DNA from: a virus
Length of the DNA stretch: 40,163 nt
IMG/VR virus record: IMGVR_UViG_3300045988_030546
Strand: one strand, 5' to 3'
The notes beneath the pieces were generated by a model. The model was not told the DNA's origin. It searched no databases and saw only the letters and a program-made list of their open reading frames with translations. A program made the position numbers and the translations under genes. Shown piece after piece: positions 37,806 through 40,163 of this stretch; the first letter of the stretch is position 1; the number at the start of each line of letters is the position of its first letter.

Positions 37806-38284
37806 ACCTTTACGAAATTGATGCGGCCATTACGGCCCTGGTAGACCCGGAGACCGGCGAGGTCAGCGACTTTGACGCCTTCGACCAACTGAGCATGGCA
37901 CGGGATCAGAAGATCGAGAACATTGCGCTATATTACAAGAATCTGGTGGCGGATGCCGCTGCGTACAAGGCTGAGAAGCTTGCCTTTGCCGAACGGCAGA
38001 AGGCGGCGGAGAACAAGGCCCAGCGTCTCAAGGACTATCTGGCGTATGCTTTGCAGGGTCAGAAATTTGAATCCCCCCGCTGCGCGGTGAACTTCCGTAA
38101 GACTACCAGCGTGAATGTGGCTGATCCTGACGCCGTTTTGACGTGGCTGCAGGACCACGCACATGAGGACTGTATCCAGTATGCAGAGCCGACCATCCGC
38201 AAGGCGGAGCTTGCCAAGATCCTGAAAACAGAAGCCGTCCCCGGCGCGGGGTTGGTGGATGGTTATAGCGTGGGGGTGAAGTGA
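37802..38284 (+). CDS. Siphovirus Gp157 family protein
   Basis: MNLYEIDAAITALVDPETGEV... opening, 160 aa, directly upstream of an ERF recombinase as is usual for Gp157. Confidence 0.72.
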   Translation: MNLYEIDAAITALVDPETGEVSDFDAFDQLSMARDQKIENIALYYKNLVADAAAYKAEKLAFAERQKAAENKAQRLKDYLAYALQGQKFESPRCAVNFRKTTSVNVADPDAVLTWLQDHAHEDCIQYAEPTIRKAELAKILKTEAVPGAGLVDGYSVGVK

Positions 38285-38958
38285 TGAATATCTTTGAAAG
38301 CATTACCGCGATCATGCAGGAGATTCCGGCAATCGGGAAGGATAAGAAGAACCAGCAGCAGGGATTCAAGTATCGCGGCATCGACGATGTGATGAACGCA
38401 CTGCAGCCGATCCTGTCCAAGCACAAGGTATTCGTTGTGCCGGAGGTGATCGATCAGTCACGGGAGGATCGTGTGACCAACAAGGGCGGTACGCTGCTGT
38501 ATTCTATGCTGAAAGTCAAATACACGTTCTACGCGGAGGACGGCACCAGCGTTTCGGCGGTGGTGATCGGTGAGGGCATGGACAGCGGAGACAAGGCCAG
38601 CAACAAGGCGATGGCGATTGCCATGAAGTATGCGTTTTTCCAGGTATTCTGCATCCCCACCGAGGAAATGAAGGACCCGGACGCGGAAACGCCGGAGCCG
38701 AGCAGACCGAAGGAACCGGCGATCCCAACGCGGCAGAAGCCAGGGTACAGATTGCCTCCGCAGGGCGATGCCACCGTTATCTGTGAGCGCTGCGGCGGTC
38801 AGGTGATGGATTATTTTGACGGCAGAGCCACGGTGAAGGCGGCACGTCTGGCGGCGAGAGCGAAGGAACTGTACGGCCATGCGCTGTGTGAGAAGTGCGT
38901 AGCCGAGACCAAGATGTGCGTAGCCGAGGCCCAGGAGGCCAACGATGCAGCGGGTTAA
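38281..38958 (+). CDS. erf: ERF-family single-strand annealing recombinase
   Basis: ...IPAIGKDKKNQQQGFKYRGIDDVMNALQPILSKHKVFVVPEV...KASNKAMAIAMKYAFFQVF... is the ERF core. Has a C-terminal Cys4 tail. Confidence 0.85.
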   Translation: MMNIFESITAIMQEIPAIGKDKKNQQQGFKYRGIDDVMNALQPILSKHKVFVVPEVIDQSREDRVTNKGGTLLYSMLKVKYTFYAEDGTSVSAVVIGEGMDSGDKASNKAMAIAMKYAFFQVFCIPTEEMKDPDAETPEPSRPKEPAIPTRQKPGYRLPPQGDATVICERCGGQVMDYFDGRATVKAARLAARAKELYGHALCEKCVAETKMCVAEAQEANDAAG

Positions 38959-39478
38959 TGCCACATCGTTCCGCTGGACGATGGATGCCGCCGGTGACTG
39001 GCTGTGCATCCAGACCAACAAGGCGCGACAGGTGCTTGACAGCCTGAAAGAGGGCAAGCCCTATGACGTGGAGATCAAGGAACACCGGGAGAAGCGAAGC
39101 CTCGACGCGAATGCGTACTTCTGGGTTTTGGCTGACCGACTGGCTGAAAAGACCCGGATACCCAAGACGGATATTTACCGGAGCTACATCCGGGAAATCG
39201 GCGGAAACAATGAGACGGTGTGCATTCCGGCCAAAGGCGTAGACAAGCTGCGGAGCGGTTGGGAACACAATGGGCTGGGCTGGCTGACGGATACCATGCC
39301 CAGCAAGCTTCCGGGCTGCACGAACGTTGTACTTTACTACGGGTCCAGCACCTACGATACCGCGCAAATGTCACGGTTGATCGATATGGCGGTGCAGGAC
39401 TGCCAGGAGCAAGGCATTGAGACCCTGCCTCCGGATAAGCTGGCGGGGATGATGGAGGAATGGGGATGCACAAAATGA
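38945..39478 (+). CDS. Conserved recombination-module protein (NinB-like motif, function unverified)
   Basis: ...REKRSLDANAYFWVLADRLAEKTRIPKTDIYRSYIRE.... Located between erf and HNH/ssb. Confidence 0.45.
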   Translation: MQRVNATSFRWTMDAAGDWLCIQTNKARQVLDSLKEGKPYDVEIKEHREKRSLDANAYFWVLADRLAEKTRIPKTDIYRSYIREIGGNNETVCIPAKGVDKLRSGWEHNGLGWLTDTMPSKLPGCTNVVLYYGSSTYDTAQMSRLIDMAVQDCQEQGIETLPPDKLAGMMEEWGCTK

Positions 39479-39783
39479 CAAAGGCGACGGCCATTCCGCA
39501 ATCCGTGAAAGTTGTGGTATGGGCACGGGACAATCACCAGTGCGTGATCTGCGGGTCTCCCGCAGGCGCGCCTGTGGCCCATGTGGTACGGCGATCCCAA
39601 GGGGGCAAGGGAATTGAACAGAACATTGTGACCCTCTGCCCCCGCTGCCACCGCCTGTATGACGAGGGGCCATTAAGAGACCGCGAGCGCATCTACGTGC
39701 GGCTGGTGACGCACATGAAAGCATTTTACCCGGATTGGAACCGGGAGGACATGATTTACAGAAAGGGAGCTATTTCATGCTGA
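39475..39783 (+). CDS. HNH endonuclease
   Basis: ...RDNHQCVICGSP...AHVVRRSQGGKGIEQNIVTLCPRCH... (H-N-H with two CxxC). Confidence 0.8.
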   Translation: MTKATAIPQSVKVVVWARDNHQCVICGSPAGAPVAHVVRRSQGGKGIEQNIVTLCPRCHRLYDEGPLRDRERIYVRLVTHMKAFYPDWNREDMIYRKGAISC

Positions 39784-40163
39784 ACAGAATCATTGTGATG
39801 GGCCGGATAACCCGTGACCCTGAATTGCGCCGCACTAACAGCGGCACGGCGGTGGCATCCTTCACCGTGGCGGTTGATCGGGACTTCAAGTCCCAGTCCG
39901 GCGAGAAGGAAACGGATTTCATTGACGTGGTGGTATGGCGCAACACCGCCGAATTTGTGAGCAAGTACTTCTCTAAGGACCGCATGGCCGTGGTGGAAGG
40001 CCGCTTGCAGCTGCGTGACTGGACGGACAAGAACGGCAATAAACGCCGCAGCGCCGAGATCGTGGCCGACAGCGTGTACTTTGGCGATTCCAAGCGGGAC
40101 GGCGGGGACACGGCGCAGAGCGAACCGCAGGGAGGTTTCAGCGAGATCGAGGACGATGGGAAC
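39777..40163 (+). CDS. ssb: Single-stranded DNA-binding protein (N-terminal 129 codons; runs off the window end, completed at 1..67)
   Basis: GAAAGGGAG RBS. MLNRIIVMGRITRDPELRRTNSGTAVASFTVAVDRDF...DFIDVVVWRNTAEFVSKYFSKDRMAVVEGRLQLRDWTDKNG is a canonical OB-fold SSB. Confidence 0.92.
   Translation, partial: MLNRIIVMGRITRDPELRRTNSGTAVASFTVAVDRDFKSQSGEKETDFIDVVVWRNTAEFVSKYFSKDRMAVVEGRLQLRDWTDKNGNKRRSAEIVADSVYFGDSKRDGGDTAQSEPQGGFSEIEDDGN
40109..40163. repeat. 55-bp terminal overlap identical to 1..55 (circular-assembly signature)
   Basis: cacggcgcagagcgaaccgcagggaggtttcagcgagatcgaggacgatgggaac occurs at both ends. Confidence 0.97.

Larger units (their letters stand above)
1..40163. mobile_element. 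Complete temperate siphovirus-like phage genome (circular assembly; tyrosine integrase plus attP)
   Basis: Full set of phage modules is present: replication, packaging, head, tail, lysis and lysogeny. The 55-bp ends are identical, and one gene (ssb) is split by the window boundary. Confidence 0.9.

Noticed and set aside
1-40163. Known defence, CRISPR, retron or transposon systems
   Set aside because: No reverse transcriptase, Cas-like, nuclease-NTPase, cyclase, TIR/SIR2-like or transposase-sized ORFs are recognisable, and no spacer-repeat arrays. Every large ORF is accounted for by phage functions.

Overview
The window is a complete, circularly closed genome of a temperate siphovirus-type phage or excised prophage. 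Bases 1-55 are identical to 40109-40163, so the unique length is about 40.1 kb, and the ssb gene is split across the window ends. The sequence is visibly GC-rich with strong GGAGG-type Shine-Dalgarno sites, which suggests a Clostridia-like Firmicute host.

Gene order, mostly on the + strand with many 4-nt ATGA/TAATG coupled overlaps:
- Replication and recombination, 36.2-40.1 kb wrapping to 0-6.1 kb: Cro-like HTH, Lar-like protein, Gp157, ERF, HNH, SSB, replisome organizer with an internal 7-bp iteron array, RusA, PAPS-reductase-like protein, ASCH, and small HTH regulators.
- An ORF-free, hairpin-dense block of about 0.9 kb (6115-7010), headed by a tRNA-like element.
- ParB-domain DNA methyltransferase, then terS, terL, portal, and a MuF protein with a long C-terminal extension.
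- Scaffold, major capsid, connectors, major tail, chaperone with a -1 frame extension, tape measure, and tail tip, Ig-like and fibre proteins.
- Lysis cassette: two holin-like proteins, a NAGPA-like glycosidase and an M15 peptidase.
- A leftward four-gene module with its own promoter and operator (27.6-28.8 kb).
- A rightward nine-gene cassette of unknown function (29.0-32.4 kb).
- A candidate attP carrying a tRNA/tmRNA 3' end, its terminator and arm-type repeats.
- A leftward lysogeny module: integrase, membrane-anchored XRE protein, lipoprotein and CI-like repressor.
- An immunity switch with face-to-face consensus promoters that imply an antisense RNA of about 300 nt.

No rRNA, CRISPR array, transposase or canonical defence enzyme is visible. 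The most unusual items are the candidate large structured RNA at 6.1-7.0 kb, the convergent-promoter antisense unit at 35.7-36.2 kb, and the uncharacterized nine-gene cassette next to attP. All protein family calls come from motif recognition by eye; no searches were run.
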